A stretch of DNA of 63,412 nt, counting the filler, from Octopus bimaculoides (Eukaryota): the NCBI RefSeq assembly GCF_001194135.2. It is 4 parts of 4 records of this genome, joined end to end, with 100 filler letters (N's around TTAATTAATTAA, not from the genome) between each part and the next. Parts side by side here need not be neighbours in the genome. Positions count along the whole stretch, not along the records: positions 60,283 to 63,412 come from NC_068983.1; 3 more parts are not named here. One strand, given 5' to 3'. The notes beneath the pieces were generated by a model. It was given only the letters and a program-made list of their open reading frames with translations. It had not been told where the DNA came from and searched no databases. Position numbers and translations under genes: made by a program. Positions 61,921-63,412 of the stretch are shown piece after piece (the stretch's first letter is position 1; each line of letters starts with the position of its first letter).

Positions 61921-63412
61921 CCCAGCTGAGTGGACTAGAGCAATGTGAAATAAAGTGTCTTGCTCAAGGACACAATACATCTCCAGGTATCAAACTCACA
62001 ACCTTACGATTTTGACCTGAATATCTGTTGCATAGTAAAACTGTACACCCTTACTGGTAAAATGTGGTAGTAGGCAGCCATTACAAAATAGACCAGTAGC
62101 CAGTCGACAGGAGAAGGTTGAGAAGGTTGAGAGTACATGTAGACTGTGTTGATAGTCGTGTCTGTTCTGATATAGTAATTATACTGTGATACTGAGTGGA
62201 CAATATAATAATCCAACCTTTTGAGGATAATAACTCTGTATGATTGGGAGTCATACCATGCTACAGAGCCATTCTATTGATGAGTTTGAAATATAACAAT
62301 ATCTGTCAGAGCGACAACTGTCATCAAAAGACAAATACAAAAGTGGTAAAAGACTGCTTTACAACAATACCTTAACCAATGGGCCATGCACCTTCACAAT
62401 GGCAAAAACTGTCAATGTTAATTTATTGATGCATTTGGGCAAGTCTATGTCTTTATTATAAGACAATTGCAAAAAAAAAAAAAATGTTTAAAATAAATTC
62501 AAAACTGCAAAAATCCGGTACAAATTCTTCAACCTGATAGTTATGTTTGTATGTGTAATATCACTCTCTCACACTTTCTATACGTGTATATTTCTGTGTG
62601 TACATGTGTGTGTATGTGCACATTTGTTCCGTGCCAAAATGTACTATTGCCAAAACGAGCTGAATGTCCAGTCAGTTGCACCCAATCATCACATTCTGTA
62701 GCAGAACAAGTAGAGTTTGGGATCAGCTGCCTTGTAGATGTATAGTTGAACATCTTAACATTTTAAATTGGAATCCTACAAAGCTATACCATTTCCTACC
62801 CTCTTAGGTCTACAAAATGAGTACCAGCGATATACTTGTTTCTCTATAGAACTAAATATTCTATTTCCTTAAACTGTGCGACTTTGTACCTAAGTTAAAT
62901 GTTAAAAGTTGTTAATTATTTGAACCAAACTCTCGTGACATGAACACTGGAAACAAAAATCTCTAAGTCAAAAAAGCAGCGAATATATAGGCATAACAAA
63001 AAGACTATTTAAACAACCTAGAACACCTAGTGTTCTAGAGAAAAGATGCTAAAGAAAACGGAGTGGTATAGGGGAAAAACATACACATTGGAAACTTCTT
63101 GAAGCCAATTGCTGAGAATTTGATAAAAACCTTTCTGATATTCTATATTTTAAACAAAAATGCAGCAGAAATAGATACATACATTATTAGGATTACACTT
63201 TCATGATGTGAGAAAATATAGAAAGTAATATAAAAACAATATTTCTATAAATTTTCATATATTAGTTTTTTTTTTACATTTTTACTCACACATTTGCACA
63301 TATCCTCTCTGTTGTATTTCTCTTTCCTCTCTCTGTATATGTATACATCCATGTCTGTGTGTGTGTGTGCGTGCATGCATGTGTGTGTGTATATATATGT
63401 ATGTATATATAT

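Noticed and set aside
1-63412. CRISPR array, rRNA or prokaryotic operon
   Set aside because: No repeat-spacer array or rRNA-like sequence. The DNA is spliced eukaryotic genomic sequence.

Overview
AT-rich, microsatellite-dense, gapped animal genomic DNA. The SINE and LINE content suggests a cephalopod, probably Octopus (inference). The only host gene I can support is MBTPS2 (site-2 protease, M50 family, HEFGH zinc motif) on the + strand. Five consecutive internal coding exons (51055-57674) have consistent GT-AG junctions and phases. The first exon and the 3' exons are not visible. The upstream ~50 kb is a graveyard of decayed elements: three Penelope-like retroelements (PLEs), three R4/Dong-like RLE non-LTR fragments, an RTE-clade LINE, a Ty3/gypsy gag-pol remnant, a Tc1 transposase remnant, a LINE 3' end, a foldback element and many tRNA-derived SINEs. 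Most interesting: (1) minimal type I hammerhead ribozyme motifs next to two PLEs (20517-20588 and a direct/inverted cluster at 43410-44041); (2) a TGA at a conserved Cys in a Naiad-like PLE endonuclease; (3) near-identical inverted SINE copies flanking MBTPS2 exons that total 303 nt in frame, a candidate circRNA or ADAR substrate; (4) CpG decay of SINEs inside the gene but not upstream. All family assignments come from motif recognition by eye, without database searches. There is no CRISPR array, rRNA or genuine tRNA gene. Most ORFs in the supplied track are microsatellite or N-gap artefacts.
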